A stretch of DNA of 64,000 bases from assembly GCA_040954595.2 (NCBI GenBank), contig CM082583.2, positions 7,872,849 to 7,936,848 on the forward strand, in the 5' to 3' direction. Position 1 is the first letter of the stretch; every line of letters begins with the position of its first letter. The position numbers and the translations under genes were made by a program. Below the pieces are notes generated by a model. That model was not told the origin of the DNA, did not search any database, and saw nothing but the letters and a program-made list of their open reading frames with translations. This document shows positions 1-14,200 of the stretch, piece by piece. The DNA comes from Balanoglossus misakiensis (taxonomy: Eukaryota > Animalia > Hemichordata).

Positions 1-269
1 GCCAAAGAAAAGAAAATTCAAAGATGTGCGTTCTGTCCCCTACCCGCCACTTAAAGTGTCGTCATACGACCTGTCAAGCCAACAGCTGTTTGTTTTGTAT
101 ACAGTACACAACACTTTCAACTTGTTCAGCCCCGCCCAACCACTGCCGTTTGTTTCATGGCATTGTGGTGTTCACGTTAGGTTTTACTTGACAATCAAGA
201 AAACCTACTGTATCTCAAACTTTCATATTTCCATTTATAATCCTGTTTGGTACGTCAATGTCAATCTGA

Positions 270-284
270 ATGCAAAACAGAAAG
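270..284 (+). CDS. Possible first coding exon of NT5C1 (MQNRK)
   Basis: ATG CAA AAC AGA AAG|GTTATG ends in phase 0 and would join exon 410 (ADIKKAL...). The donor is weak and the true start may lie upstream of the window. Confidence 0.25.
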
Positions 285-409
285 GTTATGTGAGGTCACT
301 GGAACCAGATGAATAGTACGCAGTTGTGTTTGGTCGATTTCACATTTGATTTAACTGTGTATATGTGACTTGATTTTCTTCCCCATAACAGTTTTCCCTT
401 TCTTTGCAG

Positions 410-577
410 GCGGACATAAAGAAGGCGTTGGTTGTTGCTGTTTCATCGAGGGCCTTGTTTGATTTGGATGAAGAGCACGACTTATATCTGAGCAATGGTT
501 TGGACGAATACATCAAATACCAACAGAAGATGGAAAATGTTCCATGCAAACCTGGAACAGCATTTGCCTTCATTAAG
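410..577 (+). CDS. NT5C1A: NT5C1 exon ([17 protein letters not shown]...AFIK)
   Basis: tttgcag acceptor, AAG|gtaaaa donor, 168 nt. Confidence 0.9.
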
Positions 578-2189
578 GTAAAAGTCCCATTATTATCAGT
601 GTTTGGTAATGGCGGTTACAAGCAAATGTATGGGGTTTTAATTCCCAATCATTCTCCTACTAGGGTTTTTCCATTTTGTATGACATAGTGGAAACTCACA
701 TATTCTACTATCAAGTAACAGGTCTGTACGATTATGGTAATGATGCACCATTCCTTTCATAGGCTCTCCAAAACGTGAATGATAAATTATTGGAGCGTAA
801 CCCAGATGAAGATGAAATCTTTGATGTTATCTTGGTGACACAGAACCATGGCGATACATCCATCAGAATCATCAACTCAATAAATCATTACGGTAACTTG
901 TAACAATGAACTAGGTGTTGTCTTCTGTGTTTTATGCCATTTGGAGCATATTGTCAAGTAATACAGTTATTTGGTTGTAAATATCTTTTTATCACTTAGC
1001 AGTGAGACCCAAATTACTGCCTTAAAGACATGTTTTGAGTAAATGCAAATCAGATCTGCTGTGACAACTTTTAAGGATGTACTAATCTCTGTATGAATGT
1101 ACTGGATTGTTGCAGGGCTTAGGATTGAACGAGCATCCATGACAGGGGGCTCAGACCCTATTGACTATTTAAAAGCATGGAATACATGTCTGTTTTTGAG
1201 CGCGGACGAAGATCAAGTTAAAAGGGCTTTAGAAAATGGTCAGTGACTCCATATTTTGAATTTATGATGAATTTTCCAGGACTGCTAGTCTGAATTAGTG
1301 GAATATTAAAGGATCAATCAGAGAGACAGAGGAAAGCTATCTCCATCAACTGTGAATTTTTGAAACATTGTTTTGTATTATCATTAGGTATTGCAGCAGC
1401 TGTTGTGCAGAAGCAGGTGACAAACGAGACGACAGAGCAGCTCCGTATTGCATTTGATGGGGATTCAGTCCTGTTCTCTGATGAGTCTGAAAGAATTGTG
1501 AAAGAGATGGGTCTGATAGATTTCTTTAAGCATGAAACTGCAAATGCCAATGAGCCCATTGGAGAGGTAATCATTCTTATAGTTATAAGCTGTTCAGCTC
1601 TGTTAATCAAGGCATATGCATCATGTCCAGGAAAAATATGAAATGGTAGCAACATACCACTTCTGTCATAGTGTTGAAGGTTGAGCATATGGAAAATGAA
1701 GATCCTTTGGTGAATTGTGTTTCAACTTGCTAATTGTTCTATAACCACCTGAACATGTACACACCTCCCGCAACAACAAAGGGACTCACTTTTTGATCTC
1801 TTATTTTTCACGTTAAGGGGCCATTAAAACAGTTTGCAGAAAGACTCGGACAAATGCAGAAAAAGTTTCCTCGGAACAATCACTCGGTCTCCGAGAACCC
1901 GATCCGAACGTATCTGGTGACAGCTCGCAGCATGGCAAGTGCTGGCAAGCGCGCCCTGGTGACACTCAGGTCCTGGGGCTTGGAGATGGACGAGACATTC
2001 TTCTTGAGCGGGGCAGGCAAGGCCCCATTCCTGCAGACAATCAAACCACACTTGTTCTTCGACGACCAGCTAAAGCACATAAACGATGCCTCGGAGATGG
2101 GAACGCCTTCGGCCCACGTACCACACGGCATCGCTCAGCAATACAACAGCAGGGATAAAATCAAGAGAACCCTGTCATCATTGTTTTGA
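410..2189 (+). CDS. NT5C1A: Cytosolic 5'-nucleotidase I (NT5C1A/B-like, HAD family), spliced; exons 410-577, 763-892, 1116-1238, 1388-1566, 1818-2189; 5' end uncertain
   Basis: Joined exons (972 nt, in frame, GT-AG) give family motifs [73 protein letters not shown] and KPHLFFDDQ. The A/B paralog cannot be assigned in an invertebrate. Confidence 0.93.
763..892 (+). CDS. NT5C1A: NT5C1 exon ([10 protein letters not shown]...RIINSINHY)
   Basis: ttcatag acceptor, G|gtaact donor, 130 nt; absent from the ORF track. Confidence 0.9.
1116..1238 (+). CDS. NT5C1A: NT5C1 exon ([22 protein letters not shown]...ALEN)
   Basis: ttgcag acceptor, G|gtcagt donor, 123 nt. Confidence 0.9.
1388..1566 (+). CDS. 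NT5C1A: NT5C1 exon with the DxD catalytic motif ([14 protein letters not shown])
   Basis: cattag acceptor, GAG|gtaatc donor, 179 nt. Confidence 0.92.
1818..2189 (+). CDS. NT5C1A: NT5C1 last exon ([11 protein letters not shown]...KPHLFFDDQ...stop)
   Basis: cgttaag acceptor, TGA ending at 2189; contains ORF 1854-2189. Confidence 0.92.
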   Translation, partial: GPLKQFAERLGQMQKKFPRNNHSVSENPIRTYLVTARSMASAGKRALVTLRSWGLEMDETFFLSGAGKAPFLQTIKPHLFFDDQLKHINDASEMGTPSAHVPHGIAQQYNSRDKIKRTLSSLF

Positions 2190-3765
2190 ATCTCTCAGAA
2201 ATCTACATAATTGCAAATACCTTACACCAGTCAGGATTGCATACATGTTGTTTTGAATATTATTTTTCTATGCACATACCCTTCAGTATTTTCATTTATT
2301 CATGGGAATGGTGCTAGTTAGTTTAGAATTATTAACTGTATAGTGTATATAGTTATTTTAATGTGTATATAACATGTGAATATGTTAAAGTTGTTAGACG
2401 TTGGTATAGAAGAATCAAATCATTTTATAGGATGAAATTTCTCTAACAAAATACTGAACAATTGAACCCTTTGAACTTAGCTCAGAGGAAAACTTCATAA
2501 AGAGCTTTTAATACTAATTATATCCCGCGATAAAAAAAACAATGAAACAATTACTGTCCTGATGGGCACAGTCAATCAGCGTGTGTTAGTGGTACCAAAT
2601 GACACAGAGTATTAGTATACAAGGAATGGGTGCAATACTATAGCAAAGTTATTACCAGTTCCCTTATGGGATAGGTCCAAGATTTGTTTTGTTTCTTTGT
2701 ACATTCTGGGCATTACAGAAATCTACAGTTTACAACCTCTTTCACATTTTAACCAATATTCTAGGAATGTATGATCTTCCATTCAAAGTGGGAAGATGGT
2801 GCATATTCCTTCCATAATTATGGAAAACTGGATTTTACTTTCCTGTTTTCCCCACTGCATAGAGAGAATGTACATTGCAGTTTAACATCGCTTCATTATT
2901 ACGCACAATATTCCACATTGAGAATTGTAAATACTTCCATTGTAAGAGATTTTCTTAAATGTTGATTTTGATTTGTATAATACCATACCCACTGAGGAAA
3001 TTTCAAATCTTGATTTTTAAGCCTTTTCTACCTGCATTGAGTGTCTTTTTATTTGCTTTAATGAATTTTTGTATCACAATTCAAACTTGTGTAAAAGTGG
3101 CACTCCCATTTATAGGGTTCTTTGGTTGCAATTTATCCTCTCTTTGCACGAAGTCAGTCAAATTCAACAAAGGCAACTTGTACTTCGGGTACGGCCTAAG
3201 TCACCTGATTATTCATAGCCAATACCGGCAATGAGAACCTGCGAGTCAGACATGTTTACCGGCAGCTCCATACCAGATATATTGTATCACAGTGGAGTTG
3301 TATTTTCCACTGCATGGCTTGTTTACAAAATAGGAGTGTCATTTTAAATAATCATTTGCAATACGTTTTGAAGCGTAATTGCACTATTTTATATTTTTTG
3401 TATTCAAATCTGAATTTTTAAAGCTTTGTATATAATTTTTTTTCTGTACAGAAAGGAAGTATTTACATATCAAGGTTTATTGTAAATGTGAAAAATCATT
3501 GCCGTTTAGTGTAAAAGAGGACAGAGATGCCTTCTTTTGACGTATTGCTTTGGGTTTTTTATTGTATTAGGTTTTTTGTGATACTATATTATGTTTCACA
3601 ATGCTTTGCTAAATATGAATGATAATGCTGGTTGTTAGCACTTAGTTTCAATCACATTAACTGATATTGGATTACAATGGACTGTTTCTCAGTGATATCT
3701 TCTGCAGTATGATTACATTTTTCATATGAGATAAAATTTGTCACATTTTATTAAGTATCTATAAC

Positions 3766-3771
3766 AATAAA
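3766..3771 (+). terminator. Candidate polyadenylation signal of NT5C1
   Basis: AATAAA at the end of an AT-rich stretch of about 1.6 kb, followed by a U-rich tract. Confidence 0.4.
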
Positions 3772-4399
3772 ATCGGTGCAAAGGGCAAAATTACTTTCTT
3801 TTTGTCTTGAGCTCATACTCGGCTAACGCCCTCTGGTGTCCAATTTCCGATATAGTTCCGTTCTGGATGCAGCTCTTTCGGAAATCACACGCAGTAGTCG
3901 TTGAATAAAGATAAAGCTGCTATCAGAATACACTATCAGTATATATTTACTTGCTCACAATGAAAACTGACTTTTTCCAAGGTGACACAGTTGTTTTTTA
4001 TTCATCCCCAAGAACTTGTGAGCCCCCTCCCCATTCATCACGTCTTTTATTGACCATAGTACACATATACCATATACGGGCGTATGGTCGTCAATTGACG
4101 AAAGTCAATTGTGAACATTCAATTTTACGACACTGAACCACTCCCCATGCCCGTGGCCTCGGCCGTGACAGTGTATCCTCAAAGTCTTGAACTTGTGCCA
4201 ACCTCCAGTGGCTACCTCTCTGTTCAAATCATCCGCCATAGTTAACATGTTTGTTCGTATTCAATTCCTCCACTATCCTCGAACAAGTGAGAAGAAAATA
4301 ACTGGCGAAATTTTCGGGCAATAACTCAGATATAGATACATTTGACAGTATGCTTAGAATTTGACAAGGATATGAATATATATTATTTCTAGAAAGAAA

Positions 4400-4713
4400 A
4401 TATCGAAAATGGTCCTGTATGATTCACGAAAAAATGGCGAGAAAATACTGCTACAGAGGGTGAACTCTTCAGCGCCATCCTGGGGTTTATTGACCGTAAC
4501 AATATTGACTTTACGGAGAGTTTCTTGAGCGACAAGTCCAAATTGCATGATATTGAGTCGGAAGATCGTTGTTGTCTTTTGAAAATCCGTTGTGTGATCG
4601 AAGAGCGACGTAAACTCTTCGTGTATACGTCCATCCATAGTTGTTATAGAAACGGCGTCGTTTCTAACGACGCGTTGCAACGGAGCCCAACCGAAACAGC
4701 TGTGCCTGTAAGT
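4400..4713 (+). promoter_or_regulatory. Putative AGTPBP1 promoter / non-coding first exon
   Basis: CpG-rich patch, YY1-like AAAATGGCG at 4431, GTAAGT donor at 4708-4713 that could splice to the acceptor at 5169-5170. Confidence 0.45.
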
Positions 4714-5174
4714 TGTACGTACACAGTGCGAGACATCACTGGGCTAGAATCGATCGAACCGGGAATTATCATTCAGTAACTGGTTGCTAACGGACACAGC
4801 ATGATCCGGGTTCGTCTGAAGTAGAGTGGTATGTTATATGCAATTTTGATCGACGAGATATAAAGTACGCCGCTACTGATCGTGAACCCAGCGTTCTGGG
4901 ACTGAACTTGAACTGGATCTTGCCGTTATGTTGGACAACCACTTGTAGCTGTACAAGAAGTTATAAACCGGCAATTCGTAAATATTTCACTATATAATGT
5001 GATATTCATGAACAATTGCAGAGATACGACTAAAGATATGTGCGGCAAACGGAAAACACGGGAAAAGTACTGAATCCGCAATGGACATGATCGAGGTGAA
5101 ATGTATTGCAGTAGGACAAGTTGAGTAACTAGGATCAGGTGTCAGTTGTAAACAGGTTGTTGTTGTTCAGTCCT

Positions 5175-5218
5175 ATGGCAATGAGTGTGAAACTCAAGTT
5201 GGATCGTTCGCTTGGAGG
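5175..5218 (+). CDS. AGTPBP1: AGTPBP1 first coding exon ([14 protein letters not shown])
   Basis: ttcag acceptor at 5170, ATG at 5175, GG|gtaagt phase-2 donor; resembles the vertebrate N-terminus MSKLK..EKSL..SR. Confidence 0.7.
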
Positions 5219-8200
5219 GTAAGTACGTCCGTTTGGCATGTTTTGTACTGATCATTCGAGCATGGAACTGCCACAGCTCCACAATTCAAACGAGTATGGG
5301 CATTATAGTGCCAGCAAATCAGGATGGGACAGTCTATACATTTCTTTGAGCAAAAAAAAATAAAATCATGTGCATTGATTTGCACTGAACACTTTCTCTT
5401 TTTGGTACACCTTTCGTATTGTTTAGCAACGTAATATTCTCACTCATTCAATTTTATATATTAAAAAAACATATTGACAACTATGTGGATAATATTTCTG
5501 TAAATTTATGGAAAACAAAATGGATGCAGCAACACAGCTTTAAATATTTTGTTTTGGGAGGAAATTATTGATTTTCTTATTGATCTTTTCTTTGGTATAA
5601 TATTAAATAATTGATGACAATTTGATTTTGATGTGGATGGTGCTTTGTAATTTGGAGTAGATTAGCAGGTATTTCAGACTGGTACATTAACATCACATCT
5701 CTCTGTGACAGTGAATGGTTCATAGGTGAGATGAATGTCAATCCATGGGCTGATAATTGTAACTGTTCATTGTTTAATTACTGGCAAACTGTCATTGTTA
5801 TATTATTGGCCACAGGAGTGTCGCATTGTTAACATTTTGAAAGACCTCTGCATGTAGCTTGAACTACTGTGGGTGTAAAAATGGTTAAATAATGGCTGTA
5901 ATTAGTAATTCACTGCATGGGAAAGAAACTGTTGAAACAGACGCATATACATGGGAGTTCTCTTGTCATCATGCTAAACATCCTTTTAAAGTATGCGATG
6001 CATGCAGAGAGTACATTTTCCCATTTTCCCTTCTTGCAGATTGACCTGCTTAGCGGTGTACCTAAAATCTTGACATATTAATGGAAATTACTGAAACAAA
6101 CCATCGCTGAATACAAATGCTTAAGTACCTGGGGCACATCTCATTCGAACTGCACATAATCTGACTTCAGATTACCTCCATGTATCTCAGCTACTGACAG
6201 GAAATAGATATAAAAGAGAGCGTGACCTGTTGGATTGTTCCATTGGGTTCTGATGCTTTTGACATTGAAGTGTTATTAACTGCCGCCCTTAGTTCCAGCT
6301 TTGTTCGTCGCACGCACAATAAATCATCTAATTTTGATTTGATGAACTTAGCAGTATTTCAGTATTGTTCTTAATGAATACAACGGTAACAGAACTTTGC
6401 AATGCAGCTAATTCATAATGCCAGTTGCTATGGAAACTACACACTTCCATGTGCAGTGAAGCAGATCTCGCTGTAAACAGCAGTTTCTTGCTGAAGTACT
6501 GTGTGTGGGGATTCTTGGTAGGGGATTGTGCTAGATTTGGTGCGGAAGGGCTACAGGGGGAGGGGGTAAAGATTTAGAAATTGTTCATATTTGGCGATAA
6601 CCTGGAGCAGCCCATGACACTTTGTGCATCGAAATTCTTATCATACTGAGAACTTCAGAAATGTGATGACACAGTCACGACAAATTGTTTGTACCACTAC
6701 AATTGCGCCACACGTAGACATATGTGGAGTTGCATGGCTTTAATTATCCATGTCATTAATAATATACTGACAGGTGAAAATGAGCGACAAAACAAACACA
6801 GACAAAATATGTTTTGTGACGGGGATGTCTGCATTGTATTAGCAGAGATTCCAAAGCAAAGCACATGTGTACAAATTGGCAAGCTATCGTGGACTTACAT
6901 ACTATACAGTGCATTCATGTACATGTACAGAAGTCATGAAACTATTCTGTCAATACACCTGACAGTACTTAGGTAATCCTCCTAACTAAAGATTAAGTAG
7001 CTCTTGGGATCAGAATATAAAGCCCTCACATCTCTGTTCGTTTATTTTGACCAGTGAGTGATGGCTTCAGGTTCTGGAGTGCTTCCTTGTAAAATTTCCA
7101 GACGCTGCATCCAAACTATTTGCAGCCAAACAGCTTGACGTTTTGGACCAAAAATCAAATCATTTTCTCTTGCAACTCAAAAATTCCATGATAATTATGC
7201 TATTGCATACTTAACCCTCTACAGAAGCCACATGTTGAATGCTGGCAATTTATTGAGAGTGTGCCAAAAACGTTTGGTTCCTGTAATTAACCAATATATC
7301 AGACTGTTCCTTCAGTCTTGTGAGAATAATTTCCAAGGTTATTTTTCAGTGTTTCAAAAAGAAAAATTAAGTGGAGAGATTTCTTTGCTGTGGTTTAAAT
7401 TTGCTCAAGCTTTTATACTCAAATCTCATATACAACAGATAATAACCAAACAAAGAAATTTAACACTTGTTTTGGGGGTTCATTTTATCGTTTTACAAAT
7501 GTATATAAATTTAGGTTAATAGTTAGTAAAATTTGTTTTGAAGAGCAGAGAAAATGATTTGCTTTCAAGAACATGTGCCTTGGGGTCAGAATTAGTTACT
7601 AAATCAGGCCACCACATAATACTATTCATCGCTCGCCTTCCTTTTATTACACTACTGATTTGCGTGATAAAAGCCAAGTTTTAAGGGTGTTGTCAGAAAG
7701 AAAGGTGCATTGTGCTCAGGGCTTGTAATTGCAGTCAGTTGTGATGGAACATTACAACCCGCCCTTTTAATTAGATTGTAAGGTTCACCTGTATTGGATA
7801 CACTTGATACATTAGCCGTGTAAAATGTTACCAAAAGTTTATTCTCACAGTATTACTGAGCTATAACGTTAGATTTTCATCAGTTTTGCCAGCGTGTGGT
7901 TAGATTTCTATTCTCACAGGGTGATATTTTGACTTATTTGACAAAGTTATAAGTACATGAAAGTCTTAAACCCTTCACTGATTCTTTCTCCAGGTAACCA
8001 AAAACCATGCTCTTATAAAAAGAAGAAGTTCACAAACAAATAAATGACCCCCAGCATGTACATGTAGACAAGAGTAATTTGTGATCTCAAATTAAGCAGA
8101 ACATCTTAACTCTTAACAAGAAAAGCTACATGTATTGATGAGAAAACTTTATTGCCTGCATACATGTAATGGACATACACTTACTATACACACACACACA

Positions 8201-11200
8201 AGCATCCTAGTATTCAGTGCTCTACAGGAAGTATTTTATTTACCCATAATGCTGCCTCTGCACACTCCACTTGTCTGACATCCACAGATGGGTGTAAAGT
8301 ACACATGTACAATGAAGAGCTCTGATGCCTTTTATACAAATACATGTACCATGGGTACAACACTCCACCTATCATCACAATGGGGCTTGTGTCATGTCCT
8401 TCTATATCATCTGTACATGTAGCACCCACTTTTCAATACCTGTATATTGTGTTTCAGAGCAATGAACTAGAAAAAACTGACATCAATGCATCATAGAAAC
8501 TGCTCAAACCATCACTGAAAAGTGAGGAGTCCGTTCAACAAATTCTAGCAACCATTGCTGTATTTACGGCTCTACCAAGTAAACACATGTAACCATTGCA
8601 CTCATTGTACAGTTTATTTCCTGCAAATTTATGACATCAACATGCAATACACTACGTTGAGTTGCAATATGTCATATTCCAGGTAGTATAAAATCTGTCT
8701 GACCTATCACATATAAATCTGGGTGTAAACTGCATAGTTGGACATGCACAAGTTACTAGGACGTGATGCATATTGTTCAAACTTCTGACACAGCAGTTGC
8801 CATTTGGAAGGGACTGCAGACCAACTGCAAGGGATGTATTGATTTCTCGTCTGTGGATGTGTATTGTTGATTGATGGACGTCAGTCTATTGTTATCTGCA
8901 AATCCTGTGTCTGGCCAACGAGATAGGTTCGCAACAACACACTGGCGTGAATAGGCCCCGACGGTGTCAGTAGAGCACATACTAAAATGAATCCACGCCT
9001 CCGTGCTACGTGGTGGAAGTTGAAATCCAATGTTCTTGTAATAAAATTAGTCGTCGAAAACACCCTTCATGGTGTGGCTGTGTGTCTTATCGGGATTCAG
9101 TCATGGCTGTTCGGGTTTTCTCACAGCTTTACAAAAGCGTGTTTGATTAGTATCAAAGGGTAGAGTAAAGGCCTTGTGAGTGATTTGCATTGTTGCCAAA
9201 TCTCTGAGTGGTTTTCTAAGCTGTTTATACACGGCCCACTGTATACCCTGGCAGGCACTCGGCAGCCAGACTGGATTGACTCAACTGATCAGTGGCACAG
9301 TGCACTCAGTTGATCAGCCTAGCTGTCACATTATCGGAGTGGCCGCTCAATGTTCCATAAAAAATGGTAAGTTAAGACCTGTGTATATATTAATTTTAAT
9401 TTTCTGTCTGCCCAGCTCCCCACACAACACACCTGTTGATTGTACAGTTCAACAACATGGTAGTCAATGATGATGAACAATGTGAGAACGATTTAGTCGT
9501 GCTTTCTCAACCTATTTATGAAGCAATAAGGCTGCTTCATGAGTATTATAGCATGGGATTGGACACTGTATAGTCTGTTGTTACTTAAGCTCAAGGCACT
9601 TCTTATTAAGTCGTTCTACCGCATCGTAATAAAAAACGCATAAATCTGTGATGTTATGCCAACTAGAAGGGTCCTAATAATTGAAAAGTAGGTAATGTCG
9701 ACTGGCATGGCTGTGCCAATGCACTGATCTCTCCATTTTGCGTTGAACACAAATCAATAAAATGCAGTAAAGTGGGTTATTTTAATATCACGGCATGTTT
9801 GACAATCGTCTGATCCCTGACATCGGTCTTTATTTGCACATGGAAGAGGAGGAACATTAGACTGTTGCCTGGGTTATGAAAATATATATCACCCTAGTGT
9901 TCTGCCAGTTGGAAATATATTAGTTTTCCGCCATTAAAAAGATGAAGAATATTCATAATTTTTAAGTAAAATGGAATGTTTTGTCATAGTTTTTGTTAGA
10001 AACAATAAATCAGCTATTAATTCTGAATAAAAGATTTGTCAGTCAACTGATTAATTACGTTGTGTAATTACATAACATGAGTTGCAGAAATGAAGTGACC
10101 TACTGAATTAGTTTTCGATTGATTTCATTTTGATGAAGTCTCTGAAATTAATCAGCAAACACAGCCTGCTATTTGGTACAGGATTTGGAATGTTTTAGGC
10201 ACCTTGTGTGGCCTTCAGCAAAAATCAATATTTTCCATCTATGAATATGTGCATTGGGGTTGTTTGGTCAATTCCAAAGAACCATTTCAGCAGAGCTTTC
10301 ATGGTTATTGGCAAACAGGATGCTCGAGTGTTCCTGGGAAATTTTATCTCAATCAAGTAGAGATCTTCTAACAGCTTTGTGGCCCACAGAATGTGCTAAA
10401 GTAGATTTCTCAAAAACCCCTTAAGTTGTCTGCCATGTGATCCTGTGTAATCACAGAGTAATGAATAGCATACAATTCCTCTTTACTAGATTGAAGAACA
10501 TACAAATTAATGCATGATTCAGTACATGAAACCAACAGATTTGCCATTTCATCTTTCTGGCCATCCATTTCGGCCAAACATATCGTATACTTGAATGTTC
10601 ATGTGCATTTCTAAACATACATGTATGGGTTCATACCTGCACATTGATGAGACATAAAGTATGCCCTCTATGTCAACTTGATGCATTCAACGGCTGTTAT
10701 GATGCACATGTAGTGTTCTCATGGGACGTTTTTTTTTATTTAAGGTGATTCAAGAATAAGAGATGTGTATAAACTGACTTAAAAGTTCCTCAGAATCTTG
10801 TTTGTTTTAATGCATACAGAATACATAACATTTTGAGCTCAGTTTTTAAAAGTACATACAGCAACTTGACATTGAGCTCGGCTGGTATTATGTGAAGACA
10901 AAGTCAAGGTTATAGCTACATGTAGATAACCCATTGGGTATTATTACTAGTATGTGAAATTGAAGTGAAAATACATCATGTGTTTCATTTGTTTTACTAG
11001 AAAACCATATGTACAAGTTCCTGGTTTAATAATTAAACTGCTAAATTTTACTTTTGTGCAATTTCTGATTGTTACGTTTGAATAATTATTTGTGACGAAA
11101 TTGTGAAATCCAATTATTTTCTTTTTTTCACCCTATCTGCTGGAAAGGCTTGCCTGGGATATTTATCTAATACATGTACAGTGCAAGTCTCTGCAGACTC

Positions 11201-14200
11201 TTAAAATTGACACAACTCCAAACTTCTGATGAACTGCATGTACTGTTGGTACATTGCATCGATACTGATACTGTCAGTTGACTTGGATTGTTAGACTGAT
11301 CGATGACTCATTGTACAGTTGATTATCTGCCTTGTACAATCAATCATCTCGCAATGATAACCTTGGCCGGCAATCTTTAGAAATGCACAGAAACACACAA
11401 CAGCCTCCATTGAGTATTCTTATCTGAATATAACAGTTATGAATGAGACATTTTTTGTGCAAATATTTGGCTGTACGCAGATATCGGAAAATTAAAATGA
11501 ACTCTGTGTTTGACAGACAGTGGAGGGTAACCTTCGAATGTGTAAATAACTCGGGCAATTTTACAGTACACTTGGCGCTCACATGGTACTGATTGCAATT
11601 CAAAACAACCACTGGCATTCTGCAAATCCACAATAAGCTCTCCTCAAATCACCCAGCAAGGCCATTTCAGTAGTCGCTAGTGTTTAATTCTTTGGAAACC
11701 AAGTATTTTTTATGTGTGTATTTTTTTCCGCATTGTTCAACTTGTCAGGAGTACCTGTATGTTGAACACAATGGACATTCTTTGGAGATTCATAGCTGCA
11801 CCCCAGTGTCATTTACATCAATTGTCCCGTATCCAAGGCCTCGTTTACGTCAGCGGCCCACGTGCTGTGATGTATATACCCCTTGTTGAATGGTATAATC
11901 CACCATGTCAGAGTTCGTAGTGACCACAGGATATTCACACTGATATAAGTGCACGAGAGAGAGAGAGGCAAAGTGCCGTGTACAGTTGAGAGGTGATTCA
12001 CAAAAGGTTAGACACACAAGTATGGCCACGGTTGAGATGTGCGAAGAAACAACAGACGATGCAAGGTCAGGTGGCTATTGTCTTTTCTCCAGTGTCTAAA
12101 AACTGGTGACACTTCTTAAATTGTGTATCTAATCGCTACGTCCTTTAATAGTATGTGATTGCTTAGGGTACCGACAACCGTAGAGGAAATGCCCCAACTG
12201 GCGCTACTGTGTCGAGTGGAGCATTTTACGTCATTTGTTTTGTCGTCTTGGAGCGTTGATCAACAAGCGATTGCTCTGACAAAACTAGTCATGTGTTGCA
12301 ATTCCATAAAAGTATAATTGTGAATGTTTTTTATGTGTGTTGAGTGTGTGTATAAGGGAGCATTAGCTGCCACAGTGGACCTAAGTGAACCGTTTCACCT
12401 GTTTTTATTTGATTCAGGCCACTTCCACTTGGGGTAATTGATTGCCCTTGTACAAACGACCAACTCAACAGATGGATTCCCTAACTTTGACGGGATGTTC
12501 ATTTTTCATTTTACAGTGTTGGGTCTCTTTGAAAAACAACAAATCCCAAAGGTAAAATCGTTGGATATTCACACATGGGTCTAAACTTCTATTTTCAGGT
12601 CAAGGCTCGGAACGCTTCTACAAAGCTTGGATCGACTGAGTGGTTCTTCCAACCCAGATGACATTGAACAACTGCGGTCTCTCACGGCCAGACTACAGCA
12701 CTTTGTCAACACGCAAGGTAGGCAGCATTTTTCGAGATTTGAGCCAGCACCTGGAAACGACGCCCCAATTTTCAACCGACAGGCAGTGATGCCGTACTGT
12801 CAGAGGCGGTATCCCAATAACAGAGGTCGCCAGAGGTCAGACTTGGATTTCATTGCAGGACTGAGCACAGCGGGCATGTCAACAAGTCGACCGGCAGACA
12901 CGAAACAATGTACACAATAAGGGAAGATTTAGTTTCCAGTAGCCATCGTATAATATCAGGATTGTCAAAAGCCGCCACTGGGATTTTGAGAGTGGCCCTT
13001 TTCAATCGTGAAATCTGTGAAACAGCGATAAAACTCGCACACGTTTTAGCCACTGCTGGATTGCTGTAACTTTTGCTTGTCTTCATTTTCGTTGTCAAAT
13101 TCCTCATTGCTGTCAAGAAAAGGAAGGAGCTCACCATTTGAATAAATATAACTGAACTGTTTCTTTACTAATGCACTGAATCTTTAAATTTAAAATTTCA
13201 CCACAGAAAGTGTGCTGCTTTCAAAAATGGGCAAGAAAATACAAAAAATAATGCAAAAAGTTGACTGTTTCTGAACAGTGAATTTTTAATGTTAAAATTC
13301 CACCACAGAAAATGCACTGGTATTGTTGACCTAAGATACTACTGACCTAAATATAGAGAGAAGTTACAATTATTTGCAAACAACATCAGCTATATTTCAA
13401 CTCTCAGAAATGGAACTAAACAGTGCCTTTGCTTTCATAATAGCTCAGAATTTTCACCCATTATAACAATCACGCACTATAAAAATACCGCATTCCAATC
13501 TGCAATCCTGCAACCAGCCATCCAGTAATCCGGTGTCCTTTTTTTCCAGCACAGAGGCAGCTGGTGACACATGCTATCTGAAACTGCCTGAAGCTTTGTT
13601 AATATGATATCTTTCTAGCACAGGAGTGGTCTGTTATTGAAAATTATCTATTTTTAACCACACAAAACACATAGCCCTATTACCAGTAAATACAACAATT
13701 TTTACATAATCTGCTATTTTTAAAATATTTTTAATAACAGTTTTAGCCCATGAGGTCATTGAATCCCTTCATTAGTAATTTTATTTTCATCATTTTCTAA
13801 TGAACACTCTTCTTTCTTTCAAAATGATCTTGATATATAGTGTTTCATATTCAAAATTTCTATTTCATTTTCAAGTATGCTGATATTCTTACAAAAACAT
13901 GCCACTCCTGTACGCCTTTAACATATTTTAGACCACCATATTTATATTTGCATTAAAATTGTAAATTGTAATCAAGACAAACACATTTATCCAAAGCAGA
14001 TCTCGCTCTCGGACTTGAGTCTGAAACTCATTAAAAGTGTCCTTCAGTTTTCTGTGTGCCTGAAATCAGTAATTGCTGTGTATTACTAATAGGTATGCCA
14101 TCCTTGACACTCGCTACAGACTTGCCGGTATTAATTGTGAATTATTTCTCTTGGATCATTGCCCAGACAAGGACAGTCACATTCAGTTCGGTGTTAAATT

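Noticed and set aside
13170-13320. Imperfect direct repeat (aaattYcaccacagaaa) in a CCP1 intron
   Set aside because: Only two short degenerate copies; likely a dispersed-repeat fragment and not CRISPR-like.
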